Notes: generated by a model from the letters alone, not told the origin. Shown: positions 18,060 to 27,661, counted from the stretch's first letter. The stretch: 59,730 nucleotides of DNA from Flavobacteriaceae bacterium (GCA_025363675.1 JANYDJ010000074.1:1-59730), one strand, 5' to 3'. A program made the numbers and translations.

Positions 18060-19154
18060 ATGAAAGTACTAAGATATAGTTATGAATTAAAAGAAGGAGA
18101 CAATTTTAAATTGAATTCATTGGTTACAGATTCAATTGAATTAAGCGATTTGAATTTATTAGTTGGTAGAAATGCTTCTGGGAAAACTACCGTTGCGAAT
18201 GTTCTTGTTGATTTGGCTTCTATATTAAAAGGGACTCTAAGAATAGGGAAATATTATATCGAGCTCGAGTCGGAAGATTTGAGCATATTCAAATATACTT
18301 ATGAGTTAACTGTTAAAAAGGACATAATCATATCAGAAACACTTTTACACGATGACAAAATCTTAATTAATAGAAATGATACAGAAGGAGAAATTTTTTC
18401 AGAGAAAGAAGGAAAGCTGGTTCCAATAAATCCACCAAATGATAAACTTGTTCATCAAGTTAGAAGAGATCAAATAGATCACCCATATTTAGAAGAAATT
18501 GTTCGTTGGGCAGAAAGTGTCCATTCTTTTAAATTTGGGCACATACACTCTACTTCATTTCTTAAATCTCCGTTTACTAACACAAATTTTACTAATACTA
18601 AACTGACGAGTATTAATGATAAAGATATAAATAAAATATTGGGCGAATTAAAAGAAGAAACTAAATCACAAATCATTAAGGAATTCAACTTGTTAGGTTA
18701 TAATTTGAAAATATTGACAATAAAGGATGAAGGAGGGCAAAATGTAATATATGTTAAAGAGAATGATCTAAAATATGAGATTAATCAGGCAACTCTTTCT
18801 CAAGGAATGTTTCGTTCGCTTTTTGTTTTAATATTTATACATCATCTCATTGAAATGGAAAATGCGAAACTAATTATTATAGACGATTTATGTGAAAGTT
18901 TGGATTATGAACGTGCAACAAAGCTAGGAAATTTGCTTTTTAATAAAATGCAAGATTCTAACATTCAATTTATTGCTACATCTAATGATTCCTTTTTGAT
19001 GAATGTTATTGATATAAAATACTGGAACATTATTTATCGAGAAAAAGATACAATTAAAGTTTATAATTATAGAAATTCTAAAGAGAAGTTTGATAAATTT
19101 ATGGATAGCGGATTTAATAACTTTGATCTACTAACTTCAAATTATCTTAACTAA
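18060..19154 (+). CDS. ABC/AAA_21-type (OLD/AriA-like) ATPase without a fused nuclease domain
   Basis: 364 aa. Walker A GRNASGKT, signature-like LSQGMFRSL, Walker B LIIIDDLCESLD. There is a long insertion between Walker A and the signature, as in SMC/OLD-type ABC ATPases. Very AT-rich. Confidence 0.8.
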   Translation: MKVLRYSYELKEGDNFKLNSLVTDSIELSDLNLLVGRNASGKTTVANVLVDLASILKGTLRIGKYYIELESEDLSIFKYTYELTVKKDIIISETLLHDDKILINRNDTEGEIFSEKEGKLVPINPPNDKLVHQVRRDQIDHPYLEEIVRWAESVHSFKFGHIHSTSFLKSPFTNTNFTNTKLTSINDKDINKILGELKEETKSQIIKEFNLLGYNLKILTIKDEGGQNVIYVKENDLKYEINQATLSQGMFRSLFVLIFIHHLIEMENAKLIIIDDLCESLDYERATKLGNLLFNKMQDSNIQFIATSNDSFLMNVIDIKYWNIIYREKDTIKVYNYRNSKEKFDKFMDSGFNNFDLLTSNYLN

Positions 19155-19159
19155 CTTGT

Positions 19160-19879
19160 ATGAGGAAAATTGCTATATTTGTTGAAGGACAAACTGAATT
19201 AATATTTGTTAGAGAGTTTATACGTAATATATTTAGTTACAATGTAGATATTGAATGCTATCGCCTTTTTAGAGAGGGCAATCTAGAAAATGCTGAATAC
19301 CCGTGTAAATGTCCCAATGCCGATGCTCATTATACCATAATAAATGTCGGCAATGACGCTAAAGTCCCTACTGCGATATGCGATAGAGCAAAATCCTATT
19401 TTTCAAAAGGATATGAAAAGATAGTAGGACTTAGAGATATGTATAGTAGAAAATATAAAGAAAAAACCAATATAATAGATCCTAACATTAATAAAGCATT
19501 CATAGAATTAACTGAGGAAATTGTAAAGCTACGTTCAAAAGAACATCATGTAAATATTCATATCTGTTTTTCAATAATGGAAATAGAGTCTTGGTTTCTT
19601 GCAATGCATGATGTTTTCGAAAGGATACATCCAGACTTAGATATAGAATCAATTAAAAATAAACTAGGTATTGATTTGCCAACAATAAATCCAGAAAAAG
19701 AGATTTTTCATCCTGCTGAAGAAGTTGCAAATATATATGAATTGGCTTGTATGCCATATGAAAAGCATAAAGGTGACATTGAATCGTTTTGTAGCAAATT
19801 AAGTTATGATGATTATAGTAAACTTTACCAATCTGATTCATGTATGAGTTTCAATTATTTTTATGATAAAGTGATTTAA
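19160..19879 (+). CDS. Toprim-like partner protein (DUF4276/DUF4435-like), putative nuclease
   Basis: 239 aa starting 5 nt after the ATPase stop. N-terminal IAIFVEGQTELIF (EGxxE acidic strand), GLRDMY, and the IMEIESWFLA motif typical of DUF4276-like proteins as I recall them. Confidence 0.6.
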   Translation: MRKIAIFVEGQTELIFVREFIRNIFSYNVDIECYRLFREGNLENAEYPCKCPNADAHYTIINVGNDAKVPTAICDRAKSYFSKGYEKIVGLRDMYSRKYKEKTNIIDPNINKAFIELTEEIVKLRSKEHHVNIHICFSIMEIESWFLAMHDVFERIHPDLDIESIKNKLGIDLPTINPEKEIFHPAEEVANIYELACMPYEKHKGDIESFCSKLSYDDYSKLYQSDSCMSFNYFYDKVI

Positions 19880-19882
19880 TTT

Positions 19883-19933
19883 ATATATTTTGTTATAATA
19901 CTTTTAGAAAAAGCTATTATAACAAAATATATA
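19883..19933. other. 51-nt AT-rich near-perfect hairpin at the 3' edge of the cassette (possible terminator or boundary)
   Basis: ATATATTTTGTTATAATACTTTT-AG-AAAAAGCTATTATAACAAAATATAT. The arms are complementary apart from one bulge. No T-run follows. Confidence 0.5.
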
Positions 19934-19945
19934 GACAATCCATTT

Positions 19946-19953
19946 TATTTTTG
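19946..19953 (+). promoter_or_regulatory. -7 promoter box TAnnTTTG (TATTTTTG)
   Basis: Exact consensus match 11 nt upstream of the mutS2 ATG. Confidence 0.45.
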
Positions 19954-19963
19954 CAGCCACATT

Positions 19964-22339
19964 ATGAGTCTATACCCCGAAAATATTGAGCAGAAAACCG
20001 GCTTCGACCAAATACGTTTATTGTTGGCAGCCAAGTGCATTAGCCCAATGGGAGAGGGCTATGTGCAGAAAATGCGGTACAGTTCGGATGCGAAACTGAT
20101 TGGTAAATTATTGAAGCAGACGGATGAGTTTATGGAAATAATTAATACTGCTTTGATATTTCCTACCGAGCATTTTTTGCCCATAAAAGAATATATAAAT
20201 AAAGCCAGTATACAAGGTGCACATTTGAGCGAACATGAATTGCACGAACTGCGAAATATGTTGAGTACGGTGAATCGTATTATACATTTTTTTAAAGGAA
20301 AAGAAGAACAGTTTGCCGAGTTATATAAAATTACGGATGGGCTGCACCAGTTCAATGATATTACGCATGCTATTAATAGCAAAATAGATATAAACGGGGT
20401 GATGAAACCCAATGCTAGCAAAGCGTTGGAGGGTTTATATAGTAAAATATCGGCCAACGAAAATTTGGTGAGAAAACGTATTAATAGTATAGCCAAAAGT
20501 ATTACAGAAAACAATTGGGGACCCGAGACAACTATTACTATTAGAAATGATAGATTAGTGGTGGCTGTTTTTCCCGAACATAAAAGAAAAATACCCGGAA
20601 TTGTGCATGATGAATCGGCAACGGGCCAAACATTATATATAGAACCGGGTGAAATTTTTGAGCTGAACAATTATACTATTGAACTTCATCAAGAAAAGAA
20701 AAAAGAAATCCGTAAAATTCTTATAGAGCTTACCAGCCTAGTAATGCCGCATGTGCAAGAGCTTTCTATCTGTTGCGATAGATTGGGCATGTTCGACTTT
20801 ATTAGAGCCAAAGCATTGTTTAGTATCGAACTAAAATGTATAAGTCCGCAGATACATGACAAGCCGATTGTGAAGTTAGTAAGTGCAAGACATCCCTTAT
20901 TATATATAAGTTTAAAAAAGCAAAAGAAACAGGTAGTTCCACTTTCAATAGAACTGGATAGAGATAAAAGAATTGTGGTAATATCAGGGCCAAATGCAGG
21001 TGGGAAATCGGTATTATTAAAAACAGTGGCATTGGTGCAGATGATGGTGCAGCATGGTTTGCCCGTTCCTTGCAAAGATGGAACTGAGATGGGCATGTTC
21101 AAACAAATATATATAGATATTGGCGACCAACAAAGTATAGAAAATGATTTGAGTACCTATAGTAGTCATTTGTTGAATATGAAACATTTTACCACTTTTG
21201 CCCATTCCAAAACTTTGTTTTTAATTGATGAATTTGGTACAGGAACTGACCCCCAATTGGGCGGGCCAATGGCAGAAGCAATTTTAGAAGCTTTGAATAG
21301 AAAGTTTGCTTATGGTATTATAACAACACACTTTAGCAATCTCAAAATATTAGCACAACACCTGCATGGGGTATATAATGGAAGTATGCTATTTGATAGT
21401 AAAGAATTGGCTCCATTATTTCAATTTGAACCGGGTGTGCCAGGTAGTAGTTATACCTTCGAGATAGCCCAAAAAACAGGCTTGGACAAAGATATTATAC
21501 AAAAGGCGGTACAAAAATCGGGGAACAAACATAACCAGGTTGAGAAACTTATTATAGAATTAGAAAGAGAGAAAACATATATCAAGAATCTGAAAAAAGA
21601 TTTAGAAAATCAGCTACAAAAAACGCAGGAAACGCAACACAAATTTGAAGAACAAAATTCAGAACTGAATAAAACAAAAAATGATATTATAAGCAAGGCT
21701 AAAAATGAAGCTTTGCAACTTATTAAAAATGCAAACAAAGAAATTGAGCAAACTATTAGGTTGATTAAAGAAAATAAAGCAAGCAATGAAACCACCAAAT
21801 CGGTAAGAAAAAATTTGGATGACATGGCTTCACAACTCATACCCGAAGAGCAATCAAATATAAAAACAAACAATAATGATTTAAAGATTTTAATTGGTAG
21901 CAAGGTGCTGATGCCCAATAGCCAGACGGTGGCGGAAGTGTCGGCTATAAAAAAGAATAAAGCCGAGGTGGTGATGGGCCATATAAAAACCTGGGTAGAG
22001 ATGGACCAATTGGAACTGGCACCCCAAGAAGAGAAATTACCACACAACCACAGGCGTATACATGCTGGAGTAGATTTGAATGAAAAACTTGCACACTTTA
22101 ATGCAGAGATTAATGTGATAGGCAAACGAGGCGAGGAGGCATTGCAGGAAGTAATGCATTTTTTGGATGAGGCAATTATGCTCAATTTTTCTCGGGTACG
22201 AATAGTGCATGGGAGAGGGGCAGGTATACTTAAAAGATTAATAAGAAGTGAGTTGAAGAAAATAAGAGCGGTAAAAAATCTTCAAGACGAAGCCCCTGAG
22301 TTTGGCGGAGATGCAGTAACCGTTATTGATTTAGAATAA
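19964..22339 (+). CDS. mutS2: endonuclease MutS2 (MutS domain V ATPase + C-terminal Smr)
   Basis: 791 aa. Walker A ISGPNAGGKSVLLKT, Walker B FLIDEFGTGTDP, a coiled-coil Lys/Glu-rich linker, and a C-terminal Smr domain (INVIGKRGEEAL...RIVHGRGAGILK). Confidence 0.92.
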   Translation: MSLYPENIEQKTGFDQIRLLLAAKCISPMGEGYVQKMRYSSDAKLIGKLLKQTDEFMEIINTALIFPTEHFLPIKEYINKASIQGAHLSEHELHELRNMLSTVNRIIHFFKGKEEQFAELYKITDGLHQFNDITHAINSKIDINGVMKPNASKALEGLYSKISANENLVRKRINSIAKSITENNWGPETTITIRNDRLVVAVFPEHKRKIPGIVHDESATGQTLYIEPGEIFELNNYTIELHQEKKKEIRKILIELTSLVMPHVQELSICCDRLGMFDFIRAKALFSIELKCISPQIHDKPIVKLVSARHPLLYISLKKQKKQVVPLSIELDRDKRIVVISGPNAGGKSVLLKTVALVQMMVQHGLPVPCKDGTEMGMFKQIYIDIGDQQSIENDLSTYSSHLLNMKHFTTFAHSKTLFLIDEFGTGTDPQLGGPMAEAILEALNRKFAYGIITTHFSNLKILAQHLHGVYNGSMLFDSKELAPLFQFEPGVPGSSYTFEIAQKTGLDKDIIQKAVQKSGNKHNQVEKLIIELEREKTYIKNLKKDLENQLQKTQETQHKFEEQNSELNKTKNDIISKAKNEALQLIKNANKEIEQTIRLIKENKASNETTKSVRKNLDDMASQLIPEEQSNIKTNNNDLKILIGSKVLMPNSQTVAEVSAIKKNKAEVVMGHIKTWVEMDQLELAPQEEKLPHNHRRIHAGVDLNEKLAHFNAEINVIGKRGEEALQEVMHFLDEAIMLNFSRVRIVHGRGAGILKRLIRSELKKIRAVKNLQDEAPEFGGDAVTVIDLE

Positions 22340-22408
22340 TTATTTCGCGGCCGTGCAACTATTTTGCAATAAAAACAGTTAATTATTTGATTACATAAAA
22401 AATTCACT

Positions 22409-22416
22409 TATTTTTG
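22409..22416 (+). promoter_or_regulatory. -7 promoter box TAnnTTTG (TATTTTTG)
   Basis: Exact consensus match 30 nt upstream of the ATG at 22446. Confidence 0.4.
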
Positions 22417-22445
22417 AAGCCAAATAAACAATCAAAAAAAACAAA

Positions 22446-23891
22446 ATGAAAAAAGGTTACTTAATTTTAATGTTATTGGGGTCAGCAATATTTGCTCAAG
22501 CCCAAACAGCTCAAAGCCCTATCAAAACAATAGACTTTGATCCACTAAAACCCACTCGTACAAACTCAAAACTTATTGTGAACCAGAATGGAAACAAGAC
22601 TACGCACATTTCTAATAAAACCAATGCACCTATGGTAAGTGCTTTGTACGACTACAAACAAGCCCTTATAGATTACGACCAACAAAGCACAGCAAAGCCA
22701 ACTTTTACCCAAGAGGTAATGATGTTGCCCGATACTGCTTTCACCATTATTTCAAAAGACTACGTTCAAACTGCGGACACTGCATGGACCTTTAATGACT
22801 ATGCAAAAAACGTTAGTAATGGAGCTATGTATTATAGTTTTAACGTAGGTTTTACCTTCGATGCCCGTTCATTGGCTTGGAGCCTATCACCTAACAGTGA
22901 TTATTTCCGATTAGGTAGATATAATATATATACCATTGACTCTATTCAATTTCCCTATTGGTACATCAGAAATTCAGGTGGTTCAGTAAATGACCATGTT
23001 ACTATGCAATATTTGAACAATAGCAACTTTAAATATAAAAGTGGTTTCGGTTCAAAAGGAGGCCCAACACCTGAGTATCCAGAAGTAGGTATTCCTAATT
23101 ATGACCATACCACCAACAAAGCTCCCAACCCTACTGTAGAAAAAACATTTGATTTAACAGCAAGCGATACCAGCACAATTGATGATGCCCGTTGGCTTAC
23201 CTTGGTAGTTAACAAACAAGTTAATACCAACAGCGGACAAATTTCAGCAGTAACAGCTTCGTACGAGCCAGGAACATCGCATAACAAAGTTGCCCCATTC
23301 GATTCGTTGGGAGCAGATTCATTTAACGGTGCACCTATCACCAATAAATTCAACCAGTTTTATTATAAGTTTGTGTATGACCAAACTCGCTTGTTCGAAG
23401 ACAATACCAATATACCTGTAAAAAATGACAAGATATACGAGAATGGTTTATTCATTTCCGAAGGATTACTTTACGATTCATATCCTCCAACAAGTTTACA
23501 TGATATGTACTATCCAGGTACTTTAATATATACACGCAGCAATGGTACAGAGCGTGTGCCTGTATTCCCATTGTTCCGTTATTATGTAACCTGTACCAAT
23601 ATAGGAATCACTGATTTGGCAAACAAAGGATTTAGATTGGGCGAGGCTTATCCTAACCCATCTAACGGACAAAATGTGCGTATTCCTTTTGAACTTGCTA
23701 AAACTGGAAATATCAGTATCAGCATCTATAACAACTTGGGTCAATTGGTGAAAACTATTGCCAATGGCCAATTTGCACAAGGTGTGAATGGTGTTGATGT
23801 AACAACAAACGATTTAACCAATGGTGTATATTTCTATACTATGAACGCGAATGGTTTCAATACCACACAACGTTTTGTAGTTAGCAAATAA
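22446..23891 (+). CDS. secreted protein with T9SS C-terminal sorting domain
   Basis: Signal peptide (MKKGYLILMLLGSAIFAQA). The C-terminal ~80 aa (AYPNPSNG...ISIYNNLGQLV...GVYFYTM...RFVVSK) match the Por secretion tail pattern. Confidence 0.8.
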   Translation: MKKGYLILMLLGSAIFAQAQTAQSPIKTIDFDPLKPTRTNSKLIVNQNGNKTTHISNKTNAPMVSALYDYKQALIDYDQQSTAKPTFTQEVMMLPDTAFTIISKDYVQTADTAWTFNDYAKNVSNGAMYYSFNVGFTFDARSLAWSLSPNSDYFRLGRYNIYTIDSIQFPYWYIRNSGGSVNDHVTMQYLNNSNFKYKSGFGSKGGPTPEYPEVGIPNYDHTTNKAPNPTVEKTFDLTASDTSTIDDARWLTLVVNKQVNTNSGQISAVTASYEPGTSHNKVAPFDSLGADSFNGAPITNKFNQFYYKFVYDQTRLFEDNTNIPVKNDKIYENGLFISEGLLYDSYPPTSLHDMYYPGTLIYTRSNGTERVPVFPLFRYYVTCTNIGITDLANKGFRLGEAYPNPSNGQNVRIPFELAKTGNISISIYNNLGQLVKTIANGQFAQGVNGVDVTTNDLTNGVYFYTMNANGFNTTQRFVVSK

Positions 23892-23903
23892 TTATATAAA
23901 TAT

Positions 23904-23941
23904 AAAAAAAACCGCCAGTGAATATCACTGGCGGTTTTTTT
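23904..23941. terminator. bidirectional rho-independent terminator
   Basis: ACCGCCAGTG-AATAT-CACTGGCGGT hairpin flanked by an A-run and a T-run, sitting between two convergent genes. Confidence 0.85.
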
Positions 23942-24935
23942 ATGCCTTATATTTTAAGTAGAAATCTTCTTCAGAAATAATTTCTATTTTGGTTTGATCT
24001 CTTAGTGAATTTCCGTATTCATAAGTTTTATCATAATAGGTTAATACAATATATAACCAAGCTCTTAGCTCATTGTTTTGTAGATGATTTAAGGCGTTAT
24101 GGCACTGTTGGTTTCCCAATCGGCGTATAAGTTTTTGAGTAGCATGGTATAAAGCATCAACCGGCATTTTGCCATAGGTTTCTAATATATAATCCATGCG
24201 TTTTTCAACAGGCACTATTATTTTAATGAGAGGGCTTTCACGCATTTGAATATATAGGTACTGAGGAATATTTATTTTACCAATTCTACTGCTTTCATCT
24301 TCTATCCATACAGGTTTTAGAGGGTCAATTTTTTGCCATTCGAAAGCAAGCATGTTTTCAAATTGTTCATTAGTGGGCTGCTCTGCTTCGCCTATGCCCC
24401 CGTAAGCAGAACCTTTGTGGCTGGCAAGTTTTTCGAGGTCTATTACTTGATGACCGAGTAGCCTAAGCTGGTTTAACTTTTCAGTTTTTTGCGAGCCGGT
24501 ATAACCTCCCAATATTATCATACTTTTAGGGATGGTGAAAGTGTGCAACACATATTTTCTATATGATTTGTAGCCCCCGTGCAGTCGAATAACCGTGAAT
24601 CCTGCATCGCGTAAAAGCTCACTCATTATTCCGCTTCTTTGGCCACCACGAAAACAATATACTCCTATAGTTTTATGAGGAGCAATTTCAGCAGCTCTTT
24701 TAATATAATCTTTAAATTTATGTGCTACCAATTCGTATCCAAGCACTACTGCTGCATTATGGCCTTTTTGTTTGTAGCATGTTCCCACTTGGCTACGCTC
24801 ATCATTATTAAGTATGGCAATATTATAGGCACCCACTATGTGGCCTTGCTGGTATTCTCCCTCACTTCGCACATCAATAATGGGGACGCCACAATTAATA
24901 AAATCTGAGATTGTATATATTGAAACTGAAGACAT
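23940..24935 (-). CDS. selU: tRNA 2-selenouridine synthase (SelU/MnmH)
   Basis: 331 aa. N-terminal rhodanese domain with IIDVRSEGEY..GH...A.N...LNNDERS.VGTCYKQKG and the catalytic-Cys motif YCFRGGQRS, collinear with E. coli SelU as I recall it. The P-loop reads GGYTGSQKT. Confidence 0.88.
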   Translation of the reverse strand: MSSVSIYTISDFINCGVPIIDVRSEGEYQQGHIVGAYNIAILNNDERSQVGTCYKQKGHNAAVVLGYELVAHKFKDYIKRAAEIAPHKTIGVYCFRGGQRSGIMSELLRDAGFTVIRLHGGYKSYRKYVLHTFTIPKSMIILGGYTGSQKTEKLNQLRLLGHQVIDLEKLASHKGSAYGGIGEAEQPTNEQFENMLAFEWQKIDPLKPVWIEDESSRIGKINIPQYLYIQMRESPLIKIIVPVEKRMDYILETYGKMPVDALYHATQKLIRRLGNQQCHNALNHLQNNELRAWLYIVLTYYDKTYEYGNSLRDQTKIEIISEEDFYLKYKA

Positions 24936-24944
24936 ATAATACTA

Positions 24945-25316
24945 TTAATCTAGGCCGGGAAAAAATGCATCTTCTATATGGTAAATTTCGGTGCTACTTT
25001 TTTGAATTGTTATAGATAGAATGTCAAATCTAATTTCACCATGGTGGTTAATTTCTTCAATGAACACACTAGCCGCTTCTGCTAATTTTTGTTTCTTTTT
25101 ATATCCCACTGCTTCTTCGGGGTAGCCAAATTTATCGCTGGTTCGGGTCTTTACCTCTATAAAAACTATTTGCTGGGCATCTTTACAAATAATATCGACC
25201 TCACATTTTTTATGCTTCCAGTTGGTATATAGTATTTGCCAATGGGGTTTATTTTTTTGTATATAAACAAGTGCTTGTTGCTCGCCCCAATTACCCGTTT
25301 CGTTGTGCTGTGCCAT
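24945..25316 (-). CDS. YraN-family endonuclease (UPF0102)
   Basis: The GE..A..Y....G...L..NW......E.DII.....I.FIEVKTR motif is typical of YraN. I placed the start at the internal ATG at 25316-25314, which forms a TAATG overlap with the upstream stop. The longer ORF-track start would overlap the upstream gene by 58 nt. Confidence 0.8.
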   Translation of the reverse strand: MAQHNETGNWGEQQALVYIQKNKPHWQILYTNWKHKKCEVDIICKDAQQIVFIEVKTRTSDKFGYPEEAVGYKKKQKLAEAASVFIEEINHHGEIRFDILSITIQKSSTEIYHIEDAFFPGLD

Positions 25317-25972
25317 TATATTTTTTCGGCCACTAATATATTGTTCATTCCCAATACCTGAATAGTTTTGCACGTACAGAATTCAAAAAAGTAATTATAT
25401 AAACTATTATATTGTTGTTTTTCTGTTTTATGAATCACTACTTTGTTGAACATTACCAAACCTTTAGATGCCATTATATTTCTAATATCATCTACAAATT
25501 CTTTAGTATGTGCTTGTTCTGGCACGTTCAAATCATTATATAAGTCTATAATAATTAAATCGAATTTATTGGAGCATAATTTTACATATTCAAATGCATC
25601 TGCAATATGGATTTCTATATCTTTATAATCATTGAGACCAAAATATTTGCGAGCAAGCTCTACTACAATGGGGTCATGTTCAACCACAGAAAAGGGGCAG
25701 TGTATTTGGTATTTGTTGATTAACAAATCCAATACACTGCCCCCTCCCAAGCCTAGCAATAAACAACTGTTTATTTGCCTTTGTTCTATTTTTATTTTTT
25801 TAAATGCCTCATCAAATACGGTGTGAAGATTGCCAAAAGAAAAATTACCATGTTCGGTGTTTAATACTGTTTTGCCATACTCGATAGCTACCTCCAAATG
25901 GGGGTTTTTGTCGCTGCCGGTTTGTTCCAGTACTTCATTCTTAACAAGGATTTTCCATTTGGGCCACTTCAT
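25316..25972 (-). CDS. spermidine-synthase-like class I methyltransferase-fold protein
   Basis: 218 aa. LLLGLGGGSV glycine-rich motif, VEHDP.VV..A..YF, then IIIDLY, the layout of spermidine/spermine synthase-like proteins. Confidence 0.65.
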   Translation of the reverse strand: MKWPKWKILVKNEVLEQTGSDKNPHLEVAIEYGKTVLNTEHGNFSFGNLHTVFDEAFKKIKIEQRQINSCLLLGLGGGSVLDLLINKYQIHCPFSVVEHDPIVVELARKYFGLNDYKDIEIHIADAFEYVKLCSNKFDLIIIDLYNDLNVPEQAHTKEFVDDIRNIMASKGLVMFNKVVIHKTEKQQYNSLYNYFFEFCTCKTIQVLGMNNILVAEKI

Positions 25973-25980
25973 CCATATAC

Positions 25981-27627
25981 TTATTGCAACACTACTTTTT
26001 GATGGAAAGTGTTTACGCCATCAGTAAGTGTTATTACATACATTCCTTTTGGTAAATGGCCAATACCAATACCAAAATGAAATTGTTTAAAGTATGGATT
26101 GTTGTAATCCCAATATACAGTTTTTCCAGTCATATCGCTTACTAATAAAGTATTGATATTAATATTTTGGTTGTTTTCAATTATAATATTTCCATCATTA
26201 CTAGGGTTGGGAAACACGCCAAAAGATGCTGCAACGGGAAATTCAATACCATTCACATTTCCTACATTTATATAATTATTTTTGGTGATGGTACCGGTAC
26301 CAAAAGCATTGGTAGCTTGCAAGGTAACAGTGTATAAACCATTCTTCAAAAATTGTAGTTTAATATTGGCATCCGTTAGTTTTCCACCATTTAAGTTAAA
26401 GTCAACACCTTCAACACCGCTAACGGTCCAAAGAAAAGATGAAACTGCAGAAAGGTTTGGGGTTAGATTCGTAAAGTTAACATCAACCAACTTGGCCGGT
26501 GTTAGTTTATCTGCTTTGAAATTAACAGTAGGTTTCAAATCTATTTTACGGATACAGTGATTGTTTTGATCGGTTAGGTAAGCAATTTTCTGACTTGGAA
26601 TATAAGCGATGGTAGCAGGTTGGTCGAACCAAGCTTTATCAGCAATACTGTCTTTAAATCCTTGGTACTGATATTCGCCGGCTACGGTTATTACTTTGCC
26701 TCCCGACAGATATCTGAGGGTGCTGGAACCATTGCCATCAATAATAAATATACCTCCTTTATCATCAATGCTCACATCAACAGGATTGGTAATTTCAGCA
26801 GACAGGGCATTGCCATCTGCATTGCCTGCATTGCCCGAACCCGCAATGGTGCTAACCACACCGGTTGATATAATAATTTTACGGATTCTCGAATTATTCA
26901 AATCAGCTACTATCAAAGCATCATTGGTCTTGTCATAACAAAGACCTTTGGGCAAATCAAATTTAGCAGAAGTTGCTGCACCATCAGCATAACCACCAGT
27001 GGTGCCTGGAGTGCCAGCAAACAAGGTAACAACACCTGCGGGAGTAATTTTGCGAATACAGTTGTTAGCCAAATCAGCAACATATACATTATTGTTTTTA
27101 TCAACTGCAACATCAGTAGGACTGGTGAATTGTGCAGCATTACCGGTGCCATTTGTATAGCCCGGGGTTTGAGTTTCAGAGCCAGCCAACAAGTTAACTG
27201 CTTGTGTTTGTCCAATATTCATAAACTTATCTAACTTACGTATGCAATGGTTGTCGCGGTCGGCAATATAAAGGGCACCATCTGTTCCCATATCAATACC
27301 ACTGCATCCATTATATCTGGCATTACTCGCTGATGAATTAACATATCCGGGAGCTTGTGCTGGGTCAGTAAGTGGTCCTGAACGGGTGTAGATATTCTGC
27401 AAATCACCGGTTATCATACGGATACGACATCCGCCGTATTCAGCAACCCATATATTGCCATTGGCATCAACAATAAGGCCGTAAGGGTCGGTAAATTCGG
27501 CATTGGCTAATGTGGCTGAGCCTCCGTTCCACCCCTTTTGGGTTGGTTTGCCCGCCATAGTTGTTACATACTGTGCACTAGCAAACGTGCTAATGGCCAC
27601 AGCTAAAATTAGTAGGATTTTTTTCAT
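25981..27627 (-). CDS. NHL-repeat beta-propeller protein with PKD-like domain and T9SS C-terminal sorting domain
   Basis: Signal peptide. Repeated F..P.G...D..GN..VAD..N..IRKI units (NHL-type), then a PKD-like segment (NVNFTNLT...WTV...), then VFPNPSNDG...GMYVITL...QKVVLQ. Confidence 0.8.
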   Translation of the reverse strand: MKKILLILAVAISTFASAQYVTTMAGKPTQKGWNGGSATLANAEFTDPYGLIVDANGNIWVAEYGGCRIRMITGDLQNIYTRSGPLTDPAQAPGYVNSSASNARYNGCSGIDMGTDGALYIADRDNHCIRKLDKFMNIGQTQAVNLLAGSETQTPGYTNGTGNAAQFTSPTDVAVDKNNNVYVADLANNCIRKITPAGVVTLFAGTPGTTGGYADGAATSAKFDLPKGLCYDKTNDALIVADLNNSRIRKIIISTGVVSTIAGSGNAGNADGNALSAEITNPVDVSIDDKGGIFIIDGNGSSTLRYLSGGKVITVAGEYQYQGFKDSIADKAWFDQPATIAYIPSQKIAYLTDQNNHCIRKIDLKPTVNFKADKLTPAKLVDVNFTNLTPNLSAVSSFLWTVSGVEGVDFNLNGGKLTDANIKLQFLKNGLYTVTLQATNAFGTGTITKNNYINVGNVNGIEFPVAASFGVFPNPSNDGNIIIENNQNININTLLVSDMTGKTVYWDYNNPYFKQFHFGIGIGHLPKGMYVITLTDGVNTFHQKVVLQ

Positions 27628-27661
27628 TGTTTCTGATGTATTATTTATTAGGTTGTTAAAT

